NCBI GenBank assembly: GCA_019057375.1
Contig: DXJF01000069.1
Location: 1 to 46,337, forward strand
Reading direction: 5' to 3'
Length of the DNA stretch: 46,337 nt
DNA from: Candidatus Heimdallarchaeota archaeon
GTDB taxonomy: Archaea > Asgardarchaeota > Heimdallarchaeia > Heimdallarchaeales > Heimdallarchaeaceae
Below, piece by piece: positions 34,353 through 43,790 of this stretch. The position numbers and the translations under genes are program-made. Under the pieces are notes generated by a model, which saw only the letters and a program-made list of their open reading frames with translations, did no database searches and was not told the origin of the DNA. Each line of letters begins with the position of its first letter. Positions within the stretch are counted from its first letter, which is position 1.

Positions 34353-36428
34353 TTATTTTTCTCTTTTACGCATAATCACATAAGCCACAAACACAATGGT
34401 AGATATTAGCACCAGATTGCTTATTAAACCTAATTCTGGAACAACATGGGTGACAGTAATTGTGACCGTGTCTTCTGCAATATTTCCTGCAAGATCCATT
34501 ACTACAATTCTGTAAACAAATACTCCAGAAGTAACACCACCAGTAGTAAGACCATCTACATTTATAACTATGGGAGTACCAGCTGTCCAATTAAGCGACT
34601 GTTGAAGTACATCATCTTTGTAAATACTATAATTCCAAGGATTCATATCTGTAGCATCCCAGCTAATAACATTACCTGTATCTCCTTCAACATAGCCAAA
34701 ATCTGCAACATCAGAAACATATGGATTTAGAAAATCAATAGTTGTTTCTAAAATAAACGCTTCCATTAAGCCAGGATATAGAAAATATTGCAAAATGTTT
34801 GAGCTTTTTTCGAAATAAAAAACTATATTACCTGACCAATGTTCTAATGTCCATACATCTGTATATTCCCAGAGCATACTTCCATTTACTGTTAGAATAT
34901 CCGTCCAAGGTACATATGCCATTTTATCTCCTACAACTGGACTTGGTAGTAAAGAACTAAAAGGGAAGAAATGACGATATTCAAAGAACATATTAGAACT
35001 ATCCATTGCTACATACCCATTAAGTACATTAACAGTCAAGAAATATTCACCATACATAATTGTACCCCCAGCATCATACTGGTGGACAGTGAAATGAGTC
35101 AGCATCTCAAAGGTTGAAACCCAAGTAGTGAATGTAAAGTTGAAGTCACCGGTTAATCCACCAACTAAGTCCAATTGTCTATAATTTAAAATGTCACCTT
35201 CCTTGATATTTACAGTGGGGATAACATTATTAGAATCGATATTAACAGTATCTGAAGCCATAGACGCGTCATTCCAAGTACCTTCAAGAAGGATAGTGTT
35301 TGTTCCGTTTTCAAATACTGGAACAATACATTCAGTAGAAGAACCACCATAAGAAATTGTAGTTATATATTCTGTATTAACATATACATCAATTGTGTCC
35401 AAATCAAATGGCTCACTAGCATCGAATTCTACAAGAACTGATCCCCCTTCAACTGTTTGACTGTCAGAAGGAGAAAGGATATCAAATGTGCGAACAAATA
35501 GCGATAGATAGAGCATCAAATATTCTCCTTCACCATCAAAATCAATGTAAACAGAAGAAGAATTTAGTACATAGCCATCAGCATTTGCCTCAACGATATA
35601 GTCACCAACACCTAGATTAGTGAAATTATAGAAACCAGTACCATCGGTAATACCATTGTCTATATAGTAATAATATTCATCGTAAAGCCAAACTTCTGCT
35701 CCTACAATAGGAGTGTGAGTAACATTATCGTTGACGAAAACATCAATGAAACCGACACCGGACACATATTCTGGCTTAAGATTGATTTCCATTTCTTCTC
35801 CTTCACCATCATAATCAATGGTAACAGAATCAGATTGGTAGTGATAACCAGAAGTGGAGGATTCAATAGTATAAGTGGCAGCACCTAAACCTGTGAAATT
35901 GTAGAAACCAGCGCCGTCTGTAAGACCATCTGTTAAGTAGGAGCCATATTCATTGTTTAACTGAACAGATGCTCCAGCTATAGGATCTGTAGTTTCAAAA
36001 TCCTTGACATAAACATCAATGAAACCATCGCCAGGTACGAAGATTTTTGCAAGATAGAATTCAACAATTTTTTCTTCATCTTCAGATTCAATAGTTACAT
36101 AAGATCCATTGTTTTCATAATCAGTAGCTCTAATTTCAATTTCATAGAAACCAAGACTTAAACTAGTGAAATTGATGAATCCATCAATATCTGTAATACC
36201 AGAATCTATGGTGATATAAAATTCATCATAAAGCTCAACATCTGCACCTTGTATGGGATCCAAAGTAAGTTCATCATAAGCATAAACTTCGATATAAGCA
36301 TCATCTATGTTTAATTTAAATGGATCATCAACGGTATCTAAAGTTGATTGAGATAACAGTGGTGAGATAATTCCTAGTATTAATAAAGAGAAAATAAACC
36401 CAGAAAGGATTTTCTTTTTGTTTTTCAA
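34353..36428 (-). CDS. Secreted surface protein: 3x carboxypeptidase-regulatory-like repeats, Ig-like domains, C-terminal VPE-TM-basic sorting signal
   Basis: Signal peptide; three ~85-aa repeats I.V...D..T..PI.GA.V.L.......G.TD..G..NFT.L..G.Y.IE; ends VPELGLISNLVLISTIVFVAYVIMRKREK. Confidence 0.8.
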   Translation of the reverse strand: MKNKKKILSGFIFSLLILGIISPLLSQSTLDTVDDPFKLNIDDAYIEVYAYDELTLDPIQGADVELYDEFYITIDSGITDIDGFINFTSLSLGFYEIEIRATDYENNGSYVTIESEDEEKIVEFYLAKIFVPGDGFIDVYVKDFETTDPIAGASVQLNNEYGSYLTDGLTDGAGFYNFTGLGAATYTIESSTSGYHYQSDSVTIDYDGEGEEMEINLKPEYVSGVGFIDVFVNDNVTHTPIVGAEVWLYDEYYYYIDNGITDGTGFYNFTNLGVGDYIVEANADGYVLNSSSVYIDFDGEGEYLMLYLSLFVRTFDILSPSDSQTVEGGSVLVEFDASEPFDLDTIDVYVNTEYITTISYGGSSTECIVPVFENGTNTILLEGTWNDASMASDTVNIDSNNVIPTVNIKEGDILNYRQLDLVGGLTGDFNFTFTTWVSTFEMLTHFTVHQYDAGGTIMYGEYFLTVNVLNGYVAMDSSNMFFEYRHFFPFSSLLPSPVVGDKMAYVPWTDILTVNGSMLWEYTDVWTLEHWSGNIVFYFEKSSNILQYFLYPGLMEAFILETTIDFLNPYVSDVADFGYVEGDTGNVISWDATDMNPWNYSIYKDDVLQQSLNWTAGTPIVINVDGLTTGGVTSGVFVYRIVVMDLAGNIAEDTVTITVTHVVPELGLISNLVLISTIVFVAYVIMRKREK

Positions 36429-36639
36429 TTTTTACACCTTTTTTTTAATTAGTTTTCAGTATTCTAATTGTTAAACTATTGACATAAGATTGATAAAAGT
36501 TTCTGTTCACAATTTCAGTTTATATAATTAGTAATTATTCAAGGAATTATTTACATCATTAAAAAAAAGGATTAATAAAACCTGATTAAAGTGTATTTTT
36601 ATTCATTATTGGAATAATCATTATCGTAAGTCTTAATGT

Positions 36640-37641
36640 TTATTCAATAAAGAGAATTCCTTCCTTTCCTTCTTTTCCCTTTATTTCAAATCCATTCTTT
36701 TGATACATACCTATTGCTCTTTTGTTTGCTAATGTAATAGCAGAACCTATATTTTCACAATTTAGCTCTTCAAAATATTTAATTATAGTATTTCTGAACA
36801 ATGCTTTTCCCAAACCAAAACCTTGGTATGAAGGATCAACAGCAAAATCTATAATGTAACCATGTTGATTTTCTGGAGCCAGAGTGATAATATATCCTGC
36901 TAGCTCATCTTCCTCAGTTAAAGCAAAATATGAAGTCTCTTCACTCAGAGAACCGTAATAACCACTGAAAAGTCTCTTAATTACAGATATATTGTAGTCA
37001 GGACTGTTCTTAGAAAGTATATTTATGTTATCCTCAAAATCAATGTCTGAATAGACTTTATTTTGGAGTTCTGCTACTTTTGTCCAAGAAACCTCATTTA
37101 AACCAACTAAAGTAAACTTCTTTGACTTTTTCTTTCTAGAAACTTTGAACTTCTTATGAAATTCTAAATTATCTGTAGATATTTTAGGGAGTTCATTCTT
37201 GTCTTTATCATACCATTTTTCTTTGTAATCTGAGAGAGAGAGATTCATTCCAACTCTCATGTAAATTGCTACCAGATTCGAGAGCTTTTCAATATCTATA
37301 TTCACAAAACTATTTTCATTGATAGTATGAGTAAAAATAACGTCTATATACTCTTTTTTACAGAAATTCATCAACTTATTAAACACATGTCCTTCCTTGA
37401 AATTAAAATTGAGTTCAAAAGCTGCATAAAGAAGTTCCATTATGTTATAGGCTTTCTCGTCTCGTATAGAAATTAAGACGCCTTTGATCTCAGTTTCTTC
37501 TTTAAACGCAAGTACATACGTTTCAGGGATATTAAGAAATCTATTTGTGATATCTTTAGGAGTTTTATCGAATAGGTTACCTAAAAAAACAGCAACATTT
37601 TCGAAATCTTCTTCATGATTCCACTTCATCATTAAATGCAT
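36640..37641 (-). CDS. GNAT N-acetyltransferase (tandem-domain type)
   Basis: C-terminal IIDFAVDP.YQG.GLGKAL and N..AI.MYQK.GF. Confidence 0.8.
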   Translation of the reverse strand: MHLMMKWNHEEDFENVAVFLGNLFDKTPKDITNRFLNIPETYVLAFKEETEIKGVLISIRDEKAYNIMELLYAAFELNFNFKEGHVFNKLMNFCKKEYIDVIFTHTINENSFVNIDIEKLSNLVAIYMRVGMNLSLSDYKEKWYDKDKNELPKISTDNLEFHKKFKVSRKKKSKKFTLVGLNEVSWTKVAELQNKVYSDIDFEDNINILSKNSPDYNISVIKRLFSGYYGSLSEETSYFALTEEDELAGYIITLAPENQHGYIIDFAVDPSYQGFGLGKALFRNTIIKYFEELNCENIGSAITLANKRAIGMYQKNGFEIKGKEGKEGILFIE

Positions 37642-37752
37642 GGTATTCGAATATTATAATGTTTTCCTCCCTAAAACAAGGAAGGTGATATAATTAACTT
37701 TAAATATATACTAGGCAGTAAGCGGAACAAAAAGATTGGAGAAAAAGGGTTT

Positions 37753-38712
37753 ATGAGTGATTACATTATTGAAACTTCGCAGCTAACCAAGAATTTCGAA
37801 AATATTAGAGCTGTAGATCACATAAACCTAAGAATTCAAGACTCTGTAATTTTTGGTTTACTTGGCCCCAATGGTTCAGGAAAAACCACAACTTGTAGGC
37901 TTTTAACAGGAATGCTTCAGCCCTCTAAAGGAACTGCAACCGTACTAGGTTTGGATACTCTAAGGGAAGGTGACTTAATCAGAGAAAAAACGGGTATTTT
38001 AACTGAGACACCTTCTTTATACCCAAGACTTACAGTTAGAGAAAATCTTCATTTTTATGCAAAAGTCTATGATATTCCGAAAGTAGAAATAAAGAATAGA
38101 GTTGAAGAATTAGTTGATTTATTTGATATTTCTGAAAAGATTAACGAACCTGCAGGAACACTGAGCAAGGGAATGAAACAGAAAGTAGCTTTAGCACGTT
38201 CAATCATACATAATCCAGAACTACTTTTTCTAGATGAACCTACAAGTGCACTAGCACCAGAATCAGCGAGAATGGTTCGAGAACTTATACTAAACTTAAC
38301 TGAAAAAGAAAATCGTACTGTTTTTATCAATACTCATAATTTAGAAGAAGCTGAGAAGCTTTGCACACAAATAGGCATTATTGAAAGGGGAAAACTCATA
38401 GCACTAGGGACTCCAGCTGAACTTAGAAAACGTCTTCAGAACGAAATCCTAACTGTTATATCATTCAGTAAATGGACTAAAGAAATAGAAAGTTATTTAG
38501 ATTCTAAAAAAGCTAAAGTTGTTGAAATTAACAAGCTAGATTCTTCTGTATCTCTTAAGCTAGAAGATATTGATGAAGAAACACCAAAACTCATTAAAGA
38601 TTTAGTTAATCGGAATATTGGAATCAAAGAAGTAAAACATACTAGGCCTACACTTGAAAGAATCTACTTTGAGTTGGTAAACGGAGATAATTCGCAGGAG
38701 GAAGATGAATGA
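37753..38712 (+). CDS. ABC-2 transporter ATP-binding protein
   Basis: Walker A GPNGSGKTT, LSKGMKQK signature, Walker B LFLDEPT, H-loop THNLEEAE. Confidence 0.95.
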   Translation: MSDYIIETSQLTKNFENIRAVDHINLRIQDSVIFGLLGPNGSGKTTTCRLLTGMLQPSKGTATVLGLDTLREGDLIREKTGILTETPSLYPRLTVRENLHFYAKVYDIPKVEIKNRVEELVDLFDISEKINEPAGTLSKGMKQKVALARSIIHNPELLFLDEPTSALAPESARMVRELILNLTEKENRTVFINTHNLEEAEKLCTQIGIIERGKLIALGTPAELRKRLQNEILTVISFSKWTKEIESYLDSKKAKVVEINKLDSSVSLKLEDIDEETPKLIKDLVNRNIGIKEVKHTRPTLERIYFELVNGDNSQEEDE

Positions 38713-39527
38713 AAGCTAGAAGAATGTGGGCTTTGGTTATTAAGGATTTGAAAGAAATTACTAAATCCAAGTACATTCTAATTTCAATAATTGTACTCCC
38801 CTTAGTATTAGGCGCAGTTGTACCCTTTCAAGTTATGTTATATGCGGGTTCATTTCGAAAAGGAGAAACTTTTGATTCGGGTTTTGGTAATTTTATGGAA
38901 GGCATTCTTTCAGATACAGTAAAAGATTGGGAAAGTTTTACAGATCAAGCAAAAGCAAATATCTCCTTAGCTTACATCACACTCATTATTGTTGCAATGA
39001 TGCCTGTAATCATAACAGCTATGATAGGAGCAGAGACAATTGTAGGAGAAAGGGAACGAAAAACTATAGAGGCCCTATTAGCTTCACCACTAAGGAATAC
39101 TGAAATCGTTACTGCCAAAATCGTTTCTTCATTTATTCCTTCATTTATTGCTACTATAGTATCAGTACTTAGTTTTTCAATTGTTATGGATATAATCCTA
39201 TATCCTTTAATTGGAAGAATCTACTTTCCAGATACTCTTTCATTATTCTTCATGTTCATAATAAGCCCTCTTTTAACAGTTATTGCTATTGAATTACTAA
39301 TAATGATTTCAACAAAAATTTCGACAGTTAGAGACGCAACTCAGGTAGGAGGAGTTTTACTCATACCTTTAATGATTCTGATAATTGGATATGTAGGCTT
39401 ATATTTCATTAATTCTATTCTTGGGTTGATAATTGGTCCAGCAGTTTTGTTAGCTTTAGCAGGTGTCTTTTACCTTATATCATTGAGAATATTTGTGAGA
39501 GAAAAAGCTCTCACAAAATTAGTTTAA
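38709..39527 (+). CDS. ABC-2 type permease
   Basis: 6 TM; I.GERERKTIEALLASP......I..AK motif; overlaps the ATPase stop codon (ATGA). Confidence 0.9.
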   Translation: MKARRMWALVIKDLKEITKSKYILISIIVLPLVLGAVVPFQVMLYAGSFRKGETFDSGFGNFMEGILSDTVKDWESFTDQAKANISLAYITLIIVAMMPVIITAMIGAETIVGERERKTIEALLASPLRNTEIVTAKIVSSFIPSFIATIVSVLSFSIVMDIILYPLIGRIYFPDTLSLFFMFIISPLLTVIAIELLIMISTKISTVRDATQVGGVLLIPLMILIIGYVGLYFINSILGLIIGPAVLLALAGVFYLISLRIFVREKALTKLV

Positions 39528-39528
39528 T

Positions 39529-40269
39529 TTATCTATGAGCTTTCCTTAGTATGAAGTTTTTCAACCAACCAGGCATAATATATCCAAGATAGCCTAGAAA
39601 TACACCTATCATAGCAAAGGTCCATCCAAGATAATAGAATGGGGAATAACCTTTTCCAAGAGAAGCCATTACACTATCTAATGCAAAAAAGATAAACAAT
39701 AGACTCACAGAGATTCCATATGTTGCAATAAGATTAAAGCCTGATCTTGGAAGTTTATCTGTGTTTAATTTTGCTTCCTTAAATGCATAAATTGTTAAAA
39801 TAATATATGTCACTAAAGAGATTATTGCTAATAACACAAGTATGTAAAATTTATCAGCTAATAAACCAAACTCCTTTTTTGAGAACCAATAGATAATAGC
39901 TTCAATAGACATTCCAACAGCAACACCATTAATCACAAGAAATGGAAGAGCAAAGTCTATGCCCTTATTAACAAATACTGTTTCAACAAAGGCAATAACA
40001 AAACAATTTGAAATTGCTAGCAGTAAGAATGCAGATATATTCGATAGGTCGGTATAACCAACAGTTTCATTACCTAAGAAATATCCTAACCATCTGCCTA
40101 TTGCCGATATTAGACTCGCAAGAGAAAAGCTAGAGAAAGTTAACAATAAATAAAGAACCGGTTTCTTTCTCCTTTGGATGTATTTCAATAAAATCAAAAC
40201 AAATACAGTAATTAGCATTACACTAATAAAAGTTTCAAATATAATTGCTGAAAGAGGGACTTCCGCCAT
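39529..40269 (-). CDS. Seven-transmembrane protein (Asgard-type 7TM, unknown function)
   Basis: Seven hydrophobic helices ending GY..P.W; the RBS GGTGA is formed by the Trp-stop codons of the upstream longin gene. Confidence 0.75.
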   Translation of the reverse strand: MAEVPLSAIIFETFISVMLITVFVLILLKYIQRRKKPVLYLLLTFSSFSLASLISAIGRWLGYFLGNETVGYTDLSNISAFLLLAISNCFVIAFVETVFVNKGIDFALPFLVINGVAVGMSIEAIIYWFSKKEFGLLADKFYILVLLAIISLVTYIILTIYAFKEAKLNTDKLPRSGFNLIATYGISVSLLFIFFALDSVMASLGKGYSPFYYLGWTFAMIGVFLGYLGYIMPGWLKNFILRKAHR

Positions 40270-40274
40270 AATTA

Positions 40275-40721
40275 TCACCAAAATGAATCAGAAACGATTT
40301 TTGTTGCTTTCCTTTGTGCAATCTCCTTATCTCCCTTCTCAATCATTTCTTCAATAAAATTTTCTATTTCAACGATCTGCTCTTCTGTAAGAAGATTATA
40401 ATCAGATATGTTTGGAAACCTACCAGAGATTTCTCGTAGAATTTCTGCGGTTATTTCATGGATTATAGATCTTTCTATTTCAATTTGAGCTTTACGTAAT
40501 AAAGCAACTGCAATTTCATCTGATAATTCAATGAAAACCTCGAATTTTTTTGTATCAACAAACTTAGGGACACCTACATCAATTTCTTCCATAGCTGATT
40601 GAATTGCGGTCATTATTCCACTGAAAAGAGCTTGATCTGAAAAGCTACTGTTTTCATCTCCCTTGTCTACAACTACAATAGGTAACCCTGTTCTAGAGAT
40701 GATATAAACAGCTTGAATCAT
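40275..40721 (-). CDS. Longin/roadblock-like domain protein
   Basis: MI..VYII..TGLPI, D..LFSG..TAI.....E pattern typical of Asgard longin-like domains, with a beta-beta-alpha-beta-beta-beta-alpha layout. Confidence 0.7.
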   Translation of the reverse strand: MIQAVYIISRTGLPIVVVDKGDENSSFSDQALFSGIMTAIQSAMEEIDVGVPKFVDTKKFEVFIELSDEIAVALLRKAQIEIERSIIHEITAEILREISGRFPNISDYNLLTEEQIVEIENFIEEMIEKGDKEIAQRKATKIVSDSFW

Positions 40722-40796
40722 TACTCTAAAAATTATTTACTTTAATTTAAATGTGACGCTTCATTTTTTAAAGAAAACATCAATATTGCTAAAAAA

Positions 40797-41021
40797 TTAG
40801 AGATTATACCCTTTGTATAGAGCTCTAAACACTTCCTCCTTTGATCCTCCATGTTTATTTATAATATCAATAATGATTGCACCTAACAATTGAACTTCTT
40901 CAGCTGTAAAGTCCCTCTGCTCTAATTCTTCTTGTAATTTTCGCAAAGCTGTCCATTTATTTGCTGAGAAATCAATTCTTCCTTCGTATCTTTCTTTCAA
41001 TTCATCCATCAAGTAGCTCAT
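40797..41021 (-). CDS. Small helical hypothetical protein (74 aa)
   Basis: Protein-like composition, fills the gap, same strand as the longin gene. Confidence 0.6.
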   Translation of the reverse strand: MSYLMDELKERYEGRIDFSANKWTALRKLQEELEQRDFTAEEVQLLGAIIIDIINKHGGSKEEVFRALYKGYNL

Positions 41022-41162
41022 TAGTAACGTTATATCTTGGTAAAATGAGATTTATAAGGATTAAGGAAGTCCTCAGCGAAGTAATCAAACAAGTAAATTT
41101 TGGGTTAATCTTTAATAACAGTGTGCAGAAAAATTTCTATATATCTCAAACATAGTGATGGA

Positions 41163-41765
41163 ATGAAAACAAAATTCAATCAAAGAAGAAATAAATTCCT
41201 TTTTTTACTATACTTTTCTTTATTGAATATAAGTTTAATTTTAGCGCTAAGTTATATTCAAGCTAAGGATGACAATGGTGACGACGATGATGGTATTGGC
41301 TTAATAGGTGATGATTTAGCTAAAGATATAGGCACAATTGCAATAGGGCTTTTTGCTACGGGTATGATCAACGTTATCGTACTTTATGTATATAAGTTTA
41401 CAAGGAAATTTCTAAATGATGAAGGAAAAACTGGAAAAATCAAAAGTGTTACGCGAGAAGTATATTTGAAAACGAGAAAACCTCTAAACTACCTCCATTA
41501 TTTGCTAACTCTTGCTGCTACAACAATAATTATCCTTCATGGGATAGAATTTATTAAAAAAGAGCAAGAAGTAGGCATCTTTGGATGGGTAGCTGTAGCG
41601 ATTTTTCTATTTTACATTTTGACTGGAGCTATTATTAAACTAAAGATAAAACCGCTTTGGACATCAAAAAGAGGTCGTAAAATACTAAATAAGCTTCATC
41701 GCAGTCTGCTAATTTTTCTAGTTGTGATTGCTATTCACATAGTTCATGTTTTACTTACAGATTAG
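41163..41765 (+). CDS. Membrane protein with paired His helices (ferric-reductase/cytochrome b-like)
   Basis: LHY...........LHG and LHR...........HIVH, His pairs about 13 residues apart in TM helices; ATG 41163 preferred. Confidence 0.55.
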   Translation: MKTKFNQRRNKFLFLLYFSLLNISLILALSYIQAKDDNGDDDDGIGLIGDDLAKDIGTIAIGLFATGMINVIVLYVYKFTRKFLNDEGKTGKIKSVTREVYLKTRKPLNYLHYLLTLAATTIIILHGIEFIKKEQEVGIFGWVAVAIFLFYILTGAIIKLKIKPLWTSKRGRKILNKLHRSLLIFLVVIAIHIVHVLLTD

Positions 41766-41855
41766 GTTAAAAACATTTAACTTAACCGTTTTATTATTTA
41801 AAACAATCCTAAGCTAATGTAAAAATTTATATGCATTAAAACATTAGTAGGTGTT

Positions 41856-42269
41856 ATGTCAGAAACGACAACAACAACAACAACAACAACAGCAAAGAAA
41901 CCAACTAAGTCAAATTGGAAATTTGCAGGATATTGGAACGCTTTAATAGGAGGGTTTTTACTTCTATTGTCGGGATTCTTAACATTCTTCTCATATCTTG
42001 CCCCAGGACTATATTTTGTAAGTAGTGCTTCCTTCTTTACATTTGCATATATACCATGGTTAACTGGGTTAATCCAAATGCTTCTAGGTTTCTTAGTACT
42101 ATTTTTAGTTTGGGAATGGTTACAAGATACACTCAAGACTGGACCTTTAGTTAAAGAAATAATGTGGTTAGGAATAATACTATTAGTTATAGGCTTGATT
42201 ACTGGAGGTTTGGGAGGAATTCTTGTTTTAGTAGGTGGAATTTACTATATACTAAGCATTAACAAATAA
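41856..42269 (+). CDS. Small 4-TM membrane protein with N-terminal poly-Thr
   Basis: AGGTG RBS, four hydrophobic segments and a downstream oligo-T terminator. Confidence 0.75.
   Translation: MSETTTTTTTTTAKKPTKSNWKFAGYWNALIGGFLLLLSGFLTFFSYLAPGLYFVSSASFFTFAYIPWLTGLIQMLLGFLVLFLVWEWLQDTLKTGPLVKEIMWLGIILLVIGLITGGLGGILVLVGGIYYILSINK
41868..41891 (+). repeat. (ACA)8 trinucleotide repeat encoding poly-Thr
   Basis: Eight perfect aca units after an acg codon. Confidence 0.9.
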
Positions 42270-42585
42270 AATAGAACTTTTTTCTTTTTTTTTTCTTTTC
42301 TTTTCAGCTTTATTGATTGTAAACCGACTTAAGATATCTTTCTTCTCTAAGATGGAATATGTTCTCTCTTTTGGGAATAATGAAAATACTCATTTTTTTT
42401 CTTTTTTTTTATTACTTTGGTAAATTAACACATAAGCTTTAAATATGAAATCTAGCCATATAAGAGAATTAGTAACACTATTAACTTAGGTTATTTTTAT
42501 GGGACTATATAGTTTTGTCTGATTCATAGGCAAAATTGATAAATTTCTATACAAAACGATGTAGTGAACCTGCCGCTGTGATTCT

Positions 42586-43485
42586 ATGAATGAACTAGTT
42601 TATGCATTTTCTTCTTCTGTTACTGATGTTGAAACTATGTTGTTGGTGGAAAGCATTAGAATTTTCGGTGGATCTCTCTCCGATTGTCCTGTTTGGTTAT
42701 TTACAGTTAAAAATAAAGAAGAAATTCCTGAAGATATAATAACGAAACTAGAAAAATTAGATGTAGATATTGTTACATTTGATTTGGAACCTGAAATTGC
42801 TAAATTTCCATTTATAGGACATGTTTATGCTGCAAATAAAGCTGAGGAAATGGCCATTAATAAGTCAAAATTTCTTGTTTATCTAGGTACAAACATAATT
42901 TTCGTTCAAGAACCGAAGCTTTTCCTTCTTAAAGAGGGAACTAATTTAGGTTATCGTCCTGTACATCACACATTGATCGGTTCAATTTATAATCAACCTA
43001 TGGATAAATTCTGGAGGATAATCTACGAAAAAACAAATGTTACTGAGAATATGCTTTTTCCTATGCAAACACATGTTGATGGTAACATTCTCAGACCATA
43101 CATAAATTCAGGATACCTAGTTGTAAGGCCAGAAAGAAGGTTTCTGAGAGAATGGTGGAAATCTTATCAACTACACTACAACGATCCAGAGTTTGAAGAA
43201 TTCTATAATAAAGATGATTTTTACTTAACTTTTATCCATCAAGCTATTTTATCGGGTGTATTTTTATCGTATTTGAAGAGGGAAGAAAGTAGAGAACTCC
43301 CCTTTGAATATAATTATCCGATCAATTTGTTTCATGAAACCTCAGAAGATTTCAAACCAAAGCGTTTGAATCAACTTGTTACTATAAGATATTATCTAGA
43401 AAAAATTAAATCGATGGATGATTTTAAGCAAATACCTTTTGAAGAGCCTTTGAGAAGTTGGTTATCTGAACGGATTCATAAATAG
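42586..43485 (+). CDS. GT-A (GT8-like) fold hypothetical protein
   Basis: L..SIR..GG, K..A...AE, LV.L[GTN]..F..EP, Y.NSG..V.RP, F..QA.LS, LP..YNYP resemble GT8-like proteins. Confidence 0.45.
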   Translation: MNELVYAFSSSVTDVETMLLVESIRIFGGSLSDCPVWLFTVKNKEEIPEDIITKLEKLDVDIVTFDLEPEIAKFPFIGHVYAANKAEEMAINKSKFLVYLGTNIIFVQEPKLFLLKEGTNLGYRPVHHTLIGSIYNQPMDKFWRIIYEKTNVTENMLFPMQTHVDGNILRPYINSGYLVVRPERRFLREWWKSYQLHYNDPEFEEFYNKDDFYLTFIHQAILSGVFLSYLKREESRELPFEYNYPINLFHETSEDFKPKRLNQLVTIRYYLEKIKSMDDFKQIPFEEPLRSWLSERIHK

Positions 43486-43490
43486 AAATA

Positions 43491-43664
43491 TCATTGAGCT
43501 TTCTTCTCTTTGTTATTTTTCCAATTTAGAAAATCAACAGTGAACTCCCCTTGTTTAAATGGGTTCTTCTTTGTTTTTGCCATATATTCCGCAATCATAT
43601 CTTCTAAATGTTCGTCGCCTTCTTGAAGTAAATCTAAAATTTTGTTTGCAAAGCTCTTATTCAT
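43491..43664 (-). CDS. Small hypothetical protein (57 aa)
   Basis: From ATG 43664: MNKSFANKILDLLQEGDEHLEDMIAEYMAKTKKNPFKQG; fills the gap between + strand genes. Confidence 0.45.
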   Translation of the reverse strand: MNKSFANKILDLLQEGDEHLEDMIAEYMAKTKKNPFKQGEFTVDFLNWKNNKEKKAQ

Positions 43665-43790
43665 CTCAGAGTGGGTTCTAATAATCTCTTTTAAAACTAG
43701 TCTATTTGGTAGAAGATACAATTGAAGTATTAACAAGCTGATTTTGAGACACTTTTTTATATACATAGATTAACAAAATTAACGAAGAAG

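Noticed and set aside
42270-42585. 315-bp intergenic gap as a possible ncRNA
   Set aside because: It consists of oligo-T terminator tracts and AT-rich promoter-like sequence, with no GC-rich stems or recognisable RNA motif.
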